Part shown: piece after piece, positions 33,778 through 47,157 of the stretch | Numbering within the stretch: the stretch's first letter is position 1 | Layout of the letters: the number at the start of each line of letters is the position of its first letter | Position numbers and translations under genes: made by a program | Source: an uncultured Chloroflexia bacterium | Lineage (GTDB): Bacteria; Chloroflexota; Limnocylindria; Limnocylindrales; CSP1-4 | DNA length: 64,000 nt | Reading direction: 5' to 3' | Assembly (NCBI GenBank): GCA_963775225.1 | Contig: CAVZHW010000005.1 | Location: forward strand, 21,612-85,611 | Notes under the pieces: model-generated | The model's database searches: none | Told to the model about the DNA's origin: nothing | The model's input: only the letters and a program-made list of their open reading frames with translations

Positions 33778-33870
33778 GCGGTACGCGGTCGATCAGCGGG
33801 CGAGCGGCTGGCAGGCAGGCGGTACGCGGTCGGTCACCGGCCGGCCGGCTGGCAGGCAGGCGGAAGGCGG
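33778..33870. repeat. Intergenic 41-bp imperfect tandem repeat (2 full copies plus a partial third)
   Basis: Copy 1: gcggtacgcggtcgatcagcgggcgagcggctggcaggcag (33778..33818). Copy 2: gcggtacgcggtcggtcaccggccggccggctggcaggcag (33819..33859). They are 36/41 identical. A related cggtacgcgg seed is also present near 33698. Confidence 0.85.
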
Positions 33871-33907
33871 CGGGCGCCCGGCCGGTGGGCAGTCGGAAGG
33901 TGGTGGA

Positions 33908-34537
33908 CTAGGGCGGCCAGCCGGTGTCGGCCGCCCAACGCTCGGCACGATCGAGCGTGCCCTCGATGAACGGGCCCTTGGCTTCCGTGTATGCGATGCC
34001 GTCGTCGCCGTAGCGGTCGCGCGCCGCACGCTTGACCGCCTCGTACTCGCGCACGCGCGCCGGGTGGCTGCGCAGGTAGTCGCGGAACAGCAGGTGGCGG
34101 CGCTCCCATTCGGCGCCGGCCTGACAAACGTGGACGTGGGTCGTGCGCGGCACGCCGGCCGGCTCGCGGAAGTAGCGGTGGCCGGCAGCCGGCTCGCGCG
34201 CGCGCATCGGCCAGCCGAGCGACTCGATGGGCGCGCGGTAGGCGTCCTCGTCGTCGATGTCGGCAACGCTGATCTGGATATCGATGATCGGCTTGGCCAC
34301 GGCGCCCGGGACGGACGTCGAGCCGACATGCTCGATGCGCAGAGCGACCGCCCCGAGCGCCTGCGCGAGGCGGTCGCGCCTCTCGGCGAACATGGCCGGC
34401 CACTCCGGCGACGGCTCGACCAGCTCCGGTAGGATGCGCCCCAATTCGCCGACCCACTCGTTCTCGCCGCTCTTGAAGGCGTCCCAGACGAGCGCGACCC
34501 GCCGCGCGACCTCTGCTTCGTCCGGCAGGTCAGTCAC
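33908..34537 (-). CDS. GrpB family protein (UPF0157)
   Basis: IEHVGSTSVPGAVAKPIIDIQISV...THVHVCQAGAEWERRHLLFRDYLRSHP is the GrpB signature. Confidence 0.85.
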   Translation of the reverse strand: MTDLPDEAEVARRVALVWDAFKSGENEWVGELGRILPELVEPSPEWPAMFAERRDRLAQALGAVALRIEHVGSTSVPGAVAKPIIDIQISVADIDDEDAYRAPIESLGWPMRAREPAAGHRYFREPAGVPRTTHVHVCQAGAEWERRHLLFRDYLRSHPARVREYEAVKRAARDRYGDDGIAYTEAKGPFIEGTLDRAERWAADTGWPP

Positions 34538-34974
34538 GACGCCGACTCCTGGTTGCCCTCCTCATGCATCCACGGCGTGAAGCTGATGCCGACCAGCAGG
34601 CCCTCCGGGCTGAGCAGGCGTGCCGTCGTCTGGTGCCACGGCTCCTCGCGCGCTTCGCGCAGCAGCCGATGACCGGCCGCCTGCATCTCCGCCGCGGCCG
34701 ACGCCACAGCCTCTGCCAATTCGACGTCGAGCTCGATCCACGCCTGCGGGACGGGGATGTCGGCCGGCCAATCGGGCGTGCCGAAGGTGCTCTCCGCGGC
34801 CTGGCTGAGCGGCCAGAGGGCGAACGCCCGCACGCCGACATCGTCCACGCCGTAGTAGTCGGGCGCGATCTCCGCCAGCTCCAGGCCGAAGCCGCCCTCT
34901 CCCCAGAATTTCCGGCTCACCCCGGGGTCGCGGACGATGATGGGTCCGAAGCCGGCGATGAAGGAGGCTTTCAT
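34534..34974 (-). CDS. VOC/glyoxalase-bleomycin-resistance family protein
   Basis: 146 aa with glyoxalase-fold-like N- and C-terminal halves. 4-nt overlaps with both neighbours. Confidence 0.6.
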   Translation of the reverse strand: MKASFIAGFGPIIVRDPGVSRKFWGEGGFGLELAEIAPDYYGVDDVGVRAFALWPLSQAAESTFGTPDWPADIPVPQAWIELDVELAEAVASAAAEMQAAGHRLLREAREEPWHQTTARLLSPEGLLVGISFTPWMHEEGNQESAS

Positions 34975-36149
34975 CGCGCTTCCTCGAGTGCGGCGGCGAA
35001 GCGGCCGATGCCGTCATCGACCATCCGATCTGACGCGGTCAGGCTGACACGGAACCAGCCCGGCGTCTCGACGACGGTACCCGGCAGGACGAGCACCTTG
35101 AGCGAGTTCAGGATGCGCGTGAAGGCGAGATCGTCGGGCATTGGCGAACGGACCATCACGTAGAAGGTGCCGGCCGGCCAGGTCGCCTGGTAGCCCTGCC
35201 CGCGCAGTGCGCCTACCAACCGTCCGCGCCTGCGCTCGAGCGCGGCGATGTCGATGCACAGCGGCTCGAGGTCGGGCAGGGAGTGCTGCAGCAGAGCGTT
35301 CGGGAACATGTAGCCGATCGCCAGCTGGCTGACGAAGGCGTCGTTGCGCAGCCGATCGCGCTCGGGCATGGTCGGCGGCCAGGTCAGGTAGCCGATGCGC
35401 ATGCCCGGCGCCAGCAGCTGCTTGCCGTACGAATAGGCGACAAGGGTGTGCCGGTAGACCTCGCTCGGCGAGTGGAAGGTGCGGCCGTCGAAGACGATGC
35501 GCCGGTAGGGCTCGTCGCTGAGCAGGTAGATGGGGCGCCCGATCCGTGCGCCGGCGCGGGTGAGCAGATCGGCAATCGCCGACAGCTCGTCGAGATCGAG
35601 CACGCGACCGCTCGGGTTGTGCGGCGAGTTAATGATGACGAGGCGCGTTCGTGGCGTGATCGCCGCTTCTATCGCCGACAGGTCGATCGGGCAGTCCGGC
35701 ATGTCCAGCCGGACGCGCACCGGTACGCCGTCCGCCGCCAGGATCAGTTGCTCGTAGAAGAACCACGGTGGCGAGAGGAAGATCGCCTCATCACCCGGAT
35801 CCAGGACGGTCCGCAGCCCGAGCGCGAGCGCACCGAAGCCACCGGTCGTCATCTGCACGTCGTCGGCATCCCAGTCGAGCCCGGTGACCGAGCTCATCGT
35901 CGCGGCGACCGTCTTCTGGGCGACCGGTTCGCTCATCTTGTACGCGTACCAGTCCTTGTCGCGCGGCTCGAGGTGGGCGCGCAGCGCGTCGACGTAGGCC
36001 GGCATGGCCTTCTCGTGCGGGTTGCCGACGGCGAAATTGGCCGTGTCGGGGTCCTTCTCGAGGACCGAGTACGGCCCGCTGAAGAAGTCGAGGAAGGGCT
36101 GGACGGCTGCTTGCAGCCGTCCGACGCGGCGAAGGGTGGTCACGGCCAT
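34971..36149 (-). CDS. PLP-dependent aminotransferase, class I/II
   Basis: 392 aa. ...IINSPHNPSGRV... and ...YSYGKQLLAPGMRIGYL (PLP-lysine region). Confidence 0.85.
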   Translation of the reverse strand: MAVTTLRRVGRLQAAVQPFLDFFSGPYSVLEKDPDTANFAVGNPHEKAMPAYVDALRAHLEPRDKDWYAYKMSEPVAQKTVAATMSSVTGLDWDADDVQMTTGGFGALALGLRTVLDPGDEAIFLSPPWFFYEQLILAADGVPVRVRLDMPDCPIDLSAIEAAITPRTRLVIINSPHNPSGRVLDLDELSAIADLLTRAGARIGRPIYLLSDEPYRRIVFDGRTFHSPSEVYRHTLVAYSYGKQLLAPGMRIGYLTWPPTMPERDRLRNDAFVSQLAIGYMFPNALLQHSLPDLEPLCIDIAALERRRGRLVGALRGQGYQATWPAGTFYVMVRSPMPDDLAFTRILNSLKVLVLPGTVVETPGWFRVSLTASDRMVDDGIGRFAAALEEAR

Positions 36150-36338
36150 CGCCGGATATTAGCCGTCGCCTACTCGATGCCGATCAGCTCGTCGAACAGG
36201 TGCTGCTGATCGGTCGTGGCGTGGCCCGGGAAATGCCAGACGACCGGCGCTCTTTTGCTCGACGCGGCCCGTCCCATGATTGCCGACGCAGCGCATCCGG
36301 TAGGATCAGGTCGGAGAACGCGCCATGCACGGATAGCT

Positions 36339-36926
36339 ATGAGAGGTAGGGATGTGAACCGGCGACGGCATCTCTCGATTACGGTGGTCATCGGTTTCGG
36401 GCTGGTTGCGATCTCTGCTTGTTCGGGCGCCCCGGCGAGCCTGCCCGCCCCCACGGGTTCGGGGTCAACCGTGGCCGCAGCACCAGTCAGCACTGCCGCT
36501 GCGGTCGCCACCTCAACTCAGACCGTCGCCGCCTCGCCAGTCGCTACTACTGCGCCGTCCCTCGCCCTCACTGCCTCGCCGACAAAGGCGCTCCCCGCCG
36601 TTGATCTCGTGCTTTCGGGCGATTTCGCCGTCGTCGCCAAGGGAACTGCCGGGCAGTGCACTCTCGGGACGGATAGCGCCGGTAACGCCGTCAATTTCGG
36701 CTTTGGGGCCGTAGAGGCCGATTACCCCGGGCTCGGGCAGGGCCTCTATGTCTCGGAAGGCAACGACGGGTACGTGACTATCAAGTGGCTCGTGGACGCG
36801 AACACCGCTTTCCTCAACATGCGCGACATCAAGGGCGTTTCGACCGACCACCACTCGATCACGATCGACACGGATCTCGGCGGAGGGGGCAACGAGCACC
36901 TCAAGGGAACCATCACCTGTCCGTGA
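36339..36926 (+). CDS. Small secreted lipoprotein, unknown function
   Basis: MRGRDVNRRRHLSITVVIGFGLVAISAC lipobox followed by an Ala/Thr/Pro-rich linker. A GTG at 36354 is an alternative start. The track ORF start at 36216 is probably too early. Confidence 0.6.
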   Translation: MRGRDVNRRRHLSITVVIGFGLVAISACSGAPASLPAPTGSGSTVAAAPVSTAAAVATSTQTVAASPVATTAPSLALTASPTKALPAVDLVLSGDFAVVAKGTAGQCTLGTDSAGNAVNFGFGAVEADYPGLGQGLYVSEGNDGYVTIKWLVDANTAFLNMRDIKGVSTDHHSITIDTDLGGGGNEHLKGTITCP

Positions 36927-36932
36927 CGCCGT

Positions 36933-37358
36933 CTACGAACGCAATGGGTTAAGCCTCTGACGTAGCCAACGCCCTCGTCGCAGCGCAGAGCTTGGGGAGA
37001 TCACCGCGAGATCATCGGTGGCACTTACGAGACAGTCGTTTTGGCGCCCGGCGAGGTAATCAAGCTGCGTGTCCGGGTCAGGGTGCTGACCTCGGCTTTG
37101 CCGGCATCTTCGATCACGCGACTCCTGACGGTCGCGTCGGTAGCCGATCCCTCGAAGCTTGATAGCGCGATGTTCACGGTAATCCGGCGCCTTCACCGCG
37201 GCCAAGATCGCTGCGGCCCATAGCGGGATCATGATCAGCACGAACGGTCGCAGCGTGTCGCTCGCCGAGTGCGACGACGAGTCGATCACCAGGAAGAGGT
37301 CGGCGCTGATGACGAGCAGCGCTGCGCACCCGACGGCAAGCGTGGTCCGAACGCTCAT
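36933..37358 (-). CDS. Hypothetical small membrane protein (two N-terminal TM helices)
   Basis: The ATG directly abuts the CN-hydrolase stop codon (TAG-ATG). Local GC is lower, and the C-terminal half is Arg-rich and unconvincing. Confidence 0.35.
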   Translation of the reverse strand: MSVRTTLAVGCAALLVISADLFLVIDSSSHSASDTLRPFVLIMIPLWAAAILAAVKAPDYREHRAIKLRGIGYRRDRQESRDRRCRQSRGQHPDPDTQLDYLAGRQNDCLVSATDDLAVISPSSALRRGRWLRQRLNPLRS

Positions 37359-38210
37359 CTAGGGCCTGATCAGGTCGTCGTACATCTCCGGCCGGCGGTC
37401 GCGGAAGAACTGCCACGTCTGGCGCACCTTCTCGATCAGGTCGAGGTCCAGGTCGCGCACCAGCAGCTCCTCGTCGTGCGGCGAGCCGATCTCGCCGATG
37501 AACTGGCCGCGTGGGTCGCAGAAGTACGACTGCCCGTAGAAATCGTCCTCGCCGATGTCCTTCTCGATACCTACTCGGTTGATGGTCCCGACGAAGTACC
37601 CGTTCGCCAGCGAGTGCGACACCTGCTCCACGCGCCAGAGGTATTCCGAGAGCCCGCGCGAGGTCGCCGATGGGATGAGCACGATCTCGGCCCCGTTCAA
37701 GCCGAGCGCGCGCGCCCCTTCCGGGAAGTGGCGGTCGTAACAGATGTAGACGCCGATCTTGCCGACGGCCGTCTCGAACACCGGGTAGCCCAGGTTGCCG
37801 GGCCGAAAGTAGAACTTCTCCCAGAAGCCCTTGACGTGCGGGATGTGCGTCTTGCGGTACTTGCCCAGGTACGAGCCGTCGGAGTCGATGACCGCGGCGG
37901 TGTTGTAGTAGACGCCGGTGGTCTGCGAGTCCTCCTCGTACATCGGTACCACCAGGACCATCCCCAGCTCGCGCGCCAGCGACTGCATGCGTTTGGTCGT
38001 CGGGCCGTCGGGGATGTGCTCCGTATACGAGTAGTACTTGGCATCCTGGACCTGACAGAAGTACGGCCCGTAGAACAGCTCCTGGAAGAGCATGAAGCGC
38101 GCGCCCTGCTGGGCAGCCTGGTGGGCGTATTTCTCGTGCTTCTGGATCATCGACTCCTTGTCGCCGGTCCAGGTCGCCTGGAGCAGGGCGCCGCGTACCT
38201 TGCTTGACAT
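37359..38210 (-). CDS. Carbon-nitrogen hydrolase (beta-ureidopropionase / N-carbamoyl-amine amidase-like)
   Basis: 283 aa. Glu-Lys-Cys triad context: FQELF, YRKTHIP, VYICYDRHFPE. Confidence 0.85.
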   Translation of the reverse strand: MSSKVRGALLQATWTGDKESMIQKHEKYAHQAAQQGARFMLFQELFYGPYFCQVQDAKYYSYTEHIPDGPTTKRMQSLARELGMVLVVPMYEEDSQTTGVYYNTAAVIDSDGSYLGKYRKTHIPHVKGFWEKFYFRPGNLGYPVFETAVGKIGVYICYDRHFPEGARALGLNGAEIVLIPSATSRGLSEYLWRVEQVSHSLANGYFVGTINRVGIEKDIGEDDFYGQSYFCDPRGQFIGEIGSPHDEELLVRDLDLDLIEKVRQTWQFFRDRRPEMYDDLIRP

Positions 38211-38333
38211 CGCCTACCCCTTTTCGAGCACGCCCTTCAGCCGATCAAGCGCCATCGTCTCGCCCGTCCATCGTCTGATCGGGCCGCGGGCGCGGTCCGG
38301 GACGGCGATCTTACGCCGACCGATTGGCCCCGG

Positions 38334-39017
38334 TCAGTCGCGGATCTGCAGCCGCGGACCGTAGTAGATCTGCAGGATGCTGAGCCAGTCATGGCCGCCC
38401 CGCGCGCAGCGCGTGGCGCTGCGCGCGAAGAGCTTGTAACCGGTCGCGTCACGGCCGCAGCGTCGCTTGTCGCCGCGCCGGTAGCCGGTCATCAAGAAGC
38501 GCCCCTTCTTGATCAGCGTTGCGTTCCATGTTGCAGTGACCGCCCCGCGCTGGATCGGGCGCACGCGTGCCTTGTGCGGCTTGTAGAGCTGGTCGCGCGT
38601 GCTGTCGACCACGTCGTAGCAGTCGCCACGCCGGCTCACTCTCTGGTGGCCAGCCAGCGCGTGGTACCAGCCGTACTGCTTGACCGCCACGGCACCTGCC
38701 TCGAGGACCTGGAACGGTAGGTACGACGGCCACTCCTTGCCCATCACGGTCACCACGTAGCGCTGGAAGCTGACCGTCACCACCCGGCCTGTGCGATGCT
38801 TCAGAACACGGATCGCCTGTGGCGGGTGTGCGGTGCTCGCCCAACCGGTGCAGCTGAGTCCCGCTTTGGCGATGGCGGACTGCGGCATCAGCGCGGCCGT
38901 CGGCAGACCAAGCGACAGGCCGACCATGATGCCGAATGCAAGCAGCGCGGGCCTGCCCGCGCGGGACTTTGTATTTCCGATCGACTGCCGGACAGCAGCC
39001 GAGACGGCAGTTGGCAC
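38334..39017 (-). CDS. Secreted SpoIID/LytB-like domain protein (cell-wall related)
   Basis: I prefer the GTG at 39017, preceded by GAGGAGG (gaggaggcagacGTG) and followed by a signal-like RAGRPALLAFGIMVGLSLGLPTAALM. LEAGAVAVKQYGWYHA and CYDVVDSTRDQLY resemble SpoIID-family blocks. Confidence 0.5.
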   Translation of the reverse strand: MPTAVSAAVRQSIGNTKSRAGRPALLAFGIMVGLSLGLPTAALMPQSAIAKAGLSCTGWASTAHPPQAIRVLKHRTGRVVTVSFQRYVVTVMGKEWPSYLPFQVLEAGAVAVKQYGWYHALAGHQRVSRRGDCYDVVDSTRDQLYKPHKARVRPIQRGAVTATWNATLIKKGRFLMTGYRRGDKRRCGRDATGYKLFARSATRCARGGHDWLSILQIYYGPRLQIRD

Positions 39018-39299
39018 GTCTGCCTCCTCGGGCTCCGACGCGGCACCATCACTGTGAGCGGGGCGCGCCGGATCACCTCTTGGGCCAACCCAGCAACGGA
39101 AGTGAGCAGCCGACTGCGGCGTCGAGGAGGAAATCCTTAGCGAGGCTCTCGCTGGGGCGCGCCTCGCGTTGATGCCGGCCAGGGGTTTCTGGGTGGAACC
39201 CTGGGCTGGCTGCCCGTGCCGCTGGGGGCGGCGGTTTTCGATTCTCCTACTTGTGCGCTGAACCGCGCATTTGTGTGGTGCGGTGCGCTCAGGAAGTAT

Positions 39300-39322
39300 G
39301 CACGGTTCGTCAAGAACCGTGC
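39300..39322. promoter_or_regulatory. Perfect 9-bp inverted repeat with 5-bp spacer (GCACGGTTC-N5-GAACCGTGC), candidate operator
   Basis: Read directly. Lies in the 363-bp divergent intergenic region, 58 nt upstream of the cyclase GTG start. No T-run follows, so it is not a terminator. Confidence 0.4.
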
Positions 39323-39380
39323 AGTTCACGGGCCCTGCGTGTCTGCGGTCAGCGCAGGCGCCATGGTTTAGGCTCATCAC

Positions 39381-42929
<3,549 letters not shown>

Positions 42930-44401
42930 ACACCGCGCCGCCACCGGGCGCGTCGCCGATGTGCAGCGTTGCGTCCTGGCGCGCGGCCAGCAGGCGGGCA
43001 ATCGCCAGGCCCAGGCCGCTGCCGCCACCGGAGCGCCGCTGGCCGGTGAGCCGGGCAAAAGGTTCGAATACGTGCTCGCGTTCCCAGGCTGGCACACCCG
43101 GTCCCTGATCGACGACGTCCACTGACACTCTCGGCCGTCCCCCGTCGGCGAGTGGCTGCACGATCAGGCGGACGACGCCGCCCGACGGCGAATGGTCGAT
43201 CGCGTTGTCGACGAAAATGAGCAGCAGCTGGGTCATCCGGTCGGCATCCGCGCTGACCAGGAGCTGCCGGTCGGCGGGCGGCTCGGCGCCTGCCTGGACG
43301 ACTTCCAGGCGCACCCCGCGCGCCGTGGCCATGGTCTCCGCCCGACGTGCAAGCTCGGCCACGAACCCGCGCATCTCGATCTGCTGGCGCCTGATCGAGA
43401 TCTGCCCCGCTTCGGCCGACGCGAGGGCGAGCAGGTCGCCTACCAGCCTGCCCAAGCGGTCGGCCTCGCTGACTATGTCGTCGAGCATCTGGCGCCCCTC
43501 CGGCCTGACCAGCTCCTCGCGCTGCATGATCTCCGCCGACGCGCGAACGACGGCTACCGGCGTGCGCAGCTCATGCGATGCTGCCGCGACGAAGCGCCGC
43601 TCGGCCGCGAACGCCGACCGGATGGGCGCCAGCACGCGTCGGGTGACGAGCAGCGTGACCAGGGCCGCGCCCAGCAGTCCGATGAGGCTGATGAAGCCGA
43701 CTGTCAACGTCAGCTGGCGGGCCAGGTCATCCGTGAACCGAAGAACGAAGCCTGACTGCAGCACTCCCAGCGGCTGCCCTCCGGCGTCTTTGATCGGCTG
43801 AGTCAGCAGGCGCACCCGCACTCCGCCGCTGTTGATGGTGCGCCAATCGCTGCCGTTGGCCAGGGCCGCGTCAGCCGCTACAGGGTCAGGCAGTCCGAGG
43901 AGAGCCACGCGCTGCGGATTGGCGCTGATACGCCCGGCCAGATCGAGCACCAGGAAGAAGGTGTCCGATGAACCGGGCGGGCTGTCTTCTTCAGCGGTCG
44001 GCACTCCGGTGGCGGCCACAGTCGGCACGGCAGTCGGCAGCGCCGTCGATCGGGCCGCCGGCAGGTTGTTCGCCGCGCCGCCGTCGCCGGGTTCACCGCC
44101 TTCGTTGTCGTTCGTGGGCTCGGCCGACGCCTCGGGTTCGTTGGTTGCCTGGGGTTCAGGCGTTGGCGTTGGTTCGAGCAACTGCAGCATGTTGCCGGCC
44201 GACGCGGCCAGATTGCGATCGACCAGCTGGTCGGTCGCCTGGAAGGCCGCTGCGGCCGTGACTGCACCCACTACCGCAAGCAGCCCGGCGATGAGGGCCA
44301 TGGTCGTCAGCGCGACGCCGATGGTGGTGCGGCGGAGAAGGCGCTCCGCCGGCGAGGGCGGCGACGGTGGAGCGCCCAGACTGCCCGACCCCCCGTGCCG
44401 G

Positions 44402-45073
44402 CTACGTCCGAAGGGCATATCCGACTCCACGAACTGTGCGCAGCGCGTTCCGTCGTCCGAGCGTCTCGAGTTTGCGCCGCAGGTAGTGTATGTACAGATC
44501 GACCACGTTGGAGTAGACGTCGGGCTCGGCGCCCCAGACCGAGTCCAGGATCTGCTGGCGGGTGACGACCTGGCCGGCGTGGCGGATGAGGAAGCCCATC
44601 AGCGCGTACTCGCGGGCGGACAGTAGCTCGCTGTTGGCGCCGACCGTGAGCTGGTGGCGCACGGGATCGAGCTCGATGTCGCCGGCGCGCACGCGCTCCG
44701 ACTGCAGTTCAGGTGAGCGGCGTGTCAGGGCGCGCAACCGAGCGAGCAACTCGGAGAAGGCGAACGGCTTGGCCAGGTAGTCGTCGGCGCCCGAATCGAG
44801 ACCCTCCACTCGGTGCTCGAGCGCCGACAGCGCGGTGAGCATGAGTACCGGGGTGTTGATCCGCCGCGCGCGCATCGTGCGCAATATTTCGATGCCCGAC
44901 ATGTCGGGCAGCATGCGGTCGAGCACGACTACCTCGTACTCGTGCTGACGCAAGAAGCCGAGGGCGTCGGTCCCATCGCGTGCGAGGTCGACGGCATAGC
45001 GCTCGGCCATGAGCACCCGGCGGATGGCGTCGGCCATGCGCGGCTCGTCCTCGACCAGTAGCAGTCGTGTCAT
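44402..45073 (-). CDS. OmpR/PhoB-family response regulator
   Basis: MTRLLLVEDEPRMADAI...VVVLDRMLPDMSG...LMLTA...DDYLAKPF, plus a winged-helix C-terminus. Confidence 0.9.
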   Translation of the reverse strand: MTRLLLVEDEPRMADAIRRVLMAERYAVDLARDGTDALGFLRQHEYEVVVLDRMLPDMSGIEILRTMRARRINTPVLMLTALSALEHRVEGLDSGADDYLAKPFAFSELLARLRALTRRSPELQSERVRAGDIELDPVRHQLTVGANSELLSAREYALMGFLIRHAGQVVTRQQILDSVWGAEPDVYSNVVDLYIHYLRRKLETLGRRNALRTVRGVGYALRT

Positions 45074-45245
45074 GTGGCCGATCTACACGTCCTCGCGCCG
45101 GCTGGCAAGCGCTGAAGGACCTTTCTTTGAGAACGCTCATCTGCCGGAGCCAGCGTGAGAGTTCTCTCATGTGCCGCTTATGAACGGCTAATGGACCAGC
45201 CGAAGACTGGGGACCAGCAACCCCGACCAAGAGAGCGAGGTATCG

Positions 45246-45644
45246 GTGATGGTTCAACGACTGGCAATTCTCATCGGTGGCCTGGGGGCCACCGCCATCT
45301 TCGCCGTGGCGCTGGGCGCCGCCGGACTGATCCCGACGGCGCCCGCGCCGCCAGTCCAGGCGGTCGACGCGAATAGCGTCAGCGCGCCGGCTGACACCAC
45401 GACAGCGCAGGCCGCCCCGGCCGCGCCCAAGGTCAAGACAGTGACCGACAAAGTCTATGTCGCGCCGCGCCCGTCCGCGCCAGTAGTGCACGTCAACAGG
45501 CCGTCGGCCCGGGCGACCAATCCGAAAGCGCAGCCAACGACTGCCCCGGCGCCGCGCGGCGAGCCCGGCGACGGCGGATCATCTCGCGAACGCGACGGCG
45601 GTTCGGGTGGCGGGAGCAGCCGCGGCGGCGGTGGAGACGACTGA
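45246..45644 (+). CDS. Small membrane-anchored Pro/Ala-rich protein
   Basis: 132 aa. N-terminal TM helix LAILIGGLGATAIFAVALGAAGL and a Gly-rich C-terminus. Divergent from the two-component genes. Confidence 0.55.
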   Translation: MMVQRLAILIGGLGATAIFAVALGAAGLIPTAPAPPVQAVDANSVSAPADTTTAQAAPAAPKVKTVTDKVYVAPRPSAPVVHVNRPSARATNPKAQPTTAPAPRGEPGDGGSSRERDGGSGGGSSRGGGGDD

Positions 45645-46213
45645 TGGCCGCCGATCGACCGAGTGCTCGACCACTCCCACCGAGGCAATCCAGCCTGCCG
45701 CCCGCCGAACAGCCGGCACAGGCCCAGCCGAGCAGCGGCATGGCCGCCGAGCGAGCCGCCGGGCAACCGGCTCGGGTGCTGCCGGAACGGCCCCGAACGG
45801 CCCGTCCAGGGACCCCCGATCCACGTCCGATGCGCGTGGTCTACGGTGCCAGCGCCGTGGCCGCGGCCGGAGTCATCGCCGTCGGCCTCTTCCAGCCGAG
45901 CACGACCCCGGCTGCCTCGGACCCGACCCAACAGCTGACAGCGCAGGCCGCCGGCGCGCCGGGAGTAGGCGCCAGCGACGCCAGCAGCGGCAATGTGACA
46001 GTGCGTCACGTCATCCGCTACGTGCACCTCAAGCCGGGTCAGTCCGCGCCGCCCGGGGCCACCGTGATCACGCCCAACGCGCGTGCTCCGCGCGTGGTCG
46101 TGACGCACAACAGCGCGCCCGCGGCGAACCCGCCCGCGCGCCAGCCGGCCGTTCGCCCGCCGGCACCTCCGCCTCCGCCGCCTGTGCGTACACGAACCTC
46201 GGGCCACCCATGA
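45644..46213 (+). CDS. Membrane-anchored Pro-rich protein
   Basis: 189 aa. The TGATG junction shares 1 nt with the upstream gene. TM helix VVYGASAVAAAGVIAVGLF. ATGA overlap with the apbE-like gene. Confidence 0.5.
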   Translation: MAADRPSARPLPPRQSSLPPAEQPAQAQPSSGMAAERAAGQPARVLPERPRTARPGTPDPRPMRVVYGASAVAAAGVIAVGLFQPSTTPAASDPTQQLTAQAAGAPGVGASDASSGNVTVRHVIRYVHLKPGQSAPPGATVITPNARAPRVVVTHNSAPAANPPARQPAVRPPAPPPPPPVRTRTSGHP

Positions 46214-47157
46214 GCGCCGTCGCTACGCCTGCCCATCGCCTGGTCGGCTGGTCCGCGCCGGCCATGGGGGGCACCCTCAACGTATCGGTCTTCGCCGGTG
46301 AGGACCAGCTCCCGGCGGCCGACCGCAGTGTCCGCCTGGCGGGACAACGGGTGCGTGCCTGGGCGAACCGGCTGACGCGCTTTGACGCGGCCTCCGACCT
46401 GTCGCGCCTGAACGCACAGGCCGCTGGCATTGGCGCCCGCGCGACCGAAATTCGTCCAACGCTCGCGGCCGTGCTCGGCTGGGCAGCGCTGGCCGCCGAG
46501 CGCTCGAGTCACGTGGTCGACGTGACCATGCTCGACGCCCGACTGGCCGCCGAGACCGACAGCTGGAGCGCGCCGGTCGCGTATGGCGCCTGGTCACTCG
46601 AACCGACTGGGCGTCGCACCCTCGTCGGCCGTCAGTCGGGCGTGCGTTTCGACCTCGACGGTGTGGCCAAGGGCTGGTTGGCAGATCGCGCGGCCGATCT
46701 GCTGGATGGTTTCCCAGGCGTCGCGGTCGACGCCGACGGCGACGTCAGCTTGCGCGCGGGGCCGGGCATCACCTGGCAGATCGAGGTGGTCGATCCGCGC
46801 AGCGCGGAGCGACCGCCCCTGGCGACCATGCAGTTCGTCGGTGGCGAAACATGGTCGCGCGCGATCGGCGTCGCGACCTCGGCCACAACCGTCCACCGCT
46901 GGCCGGCAGCCAACGGCGCGTTCAATCACCACCTGATCGACCCGCGCACGCGCCGCTCGGCGGACACGGACGTGGTCCAGGCCACGGTGGTGGCGCCCAC
47001 TGCGCGCGAGGCCGAGATGCTCGCCAAGACCGCGCTCATCCTGGGCTCGGTGGCAGCGCTGCCGATACTCGCCGCCTCGCCCGCCCATGCCGCCATCCTG
47101 TTGCTGGACACGGACGAACTTCTCGCCCTGCCGGGGACCGAAGCATGGCTCGCGTGA
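46210..47157 (+). CDS. apbE: FAD:protein FMN transferase (ApbE family), no obvious signal peptide
   Basis: The in-frame ATG at 46210 gives MSAVATPAHRLVGWSAPAMGGTLNV... FDLDGVAKGWLADRAADLL and HHLIDPRT are ApbE blocks. The upstream part of the track ORF (from 45607) is Arg-rich noise. Confidence 0.8.
   Translation: MSAVATPAHRLVGWSAPAMGGTLNVSVFAGEDQLPAADRSVRLAGQRVRAWANRLTRFDAASDLSRLNAQAAGIGARATEIRPTLAAVLGWAALAAERSSHVVDVTMLDARLAAETDSWSAPVAYGAWSLEPTGRRTLVGRQSGVRFDLDGVAKGWLADRAADLLDGFPGVAVDADGDVSLRAGPGITWQIEVVDPRSAERPPLATMQFVGGETWSRAIGVATSATTVHRWPAANGAFNHHLIDPRTRRSADTDVVQATVVAPTAREAEMLAKTALILGSVAALPILAASPAHAAILLLDTDELLALPGTEAWLA

Noticed and set aside
36933-37358. The lower-GC patch as a possible horizontally acquired or mobile fragment
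   Set aside because: It is only ~430 bp with no flanking repeats or mobility genes. It is adequately explained by a small hydrophobic ORF and/or an intergenic spacer.
39018-39299. Possible cyclic-di-AMP (ydaO-type) riboswitch in the long 5' region of the SpoIID-like cell-wall gene
   Set aside because: The context is suggestive because actinobacterial cell-wall hydrolase genes often carry it. I could not find the conserved ydaO core strings when reading the minus strand, only generic GC-rich hairpins such as gcgaggc...gcctcgc. A covariance-model scan (Rfam RF00379) would settle it.
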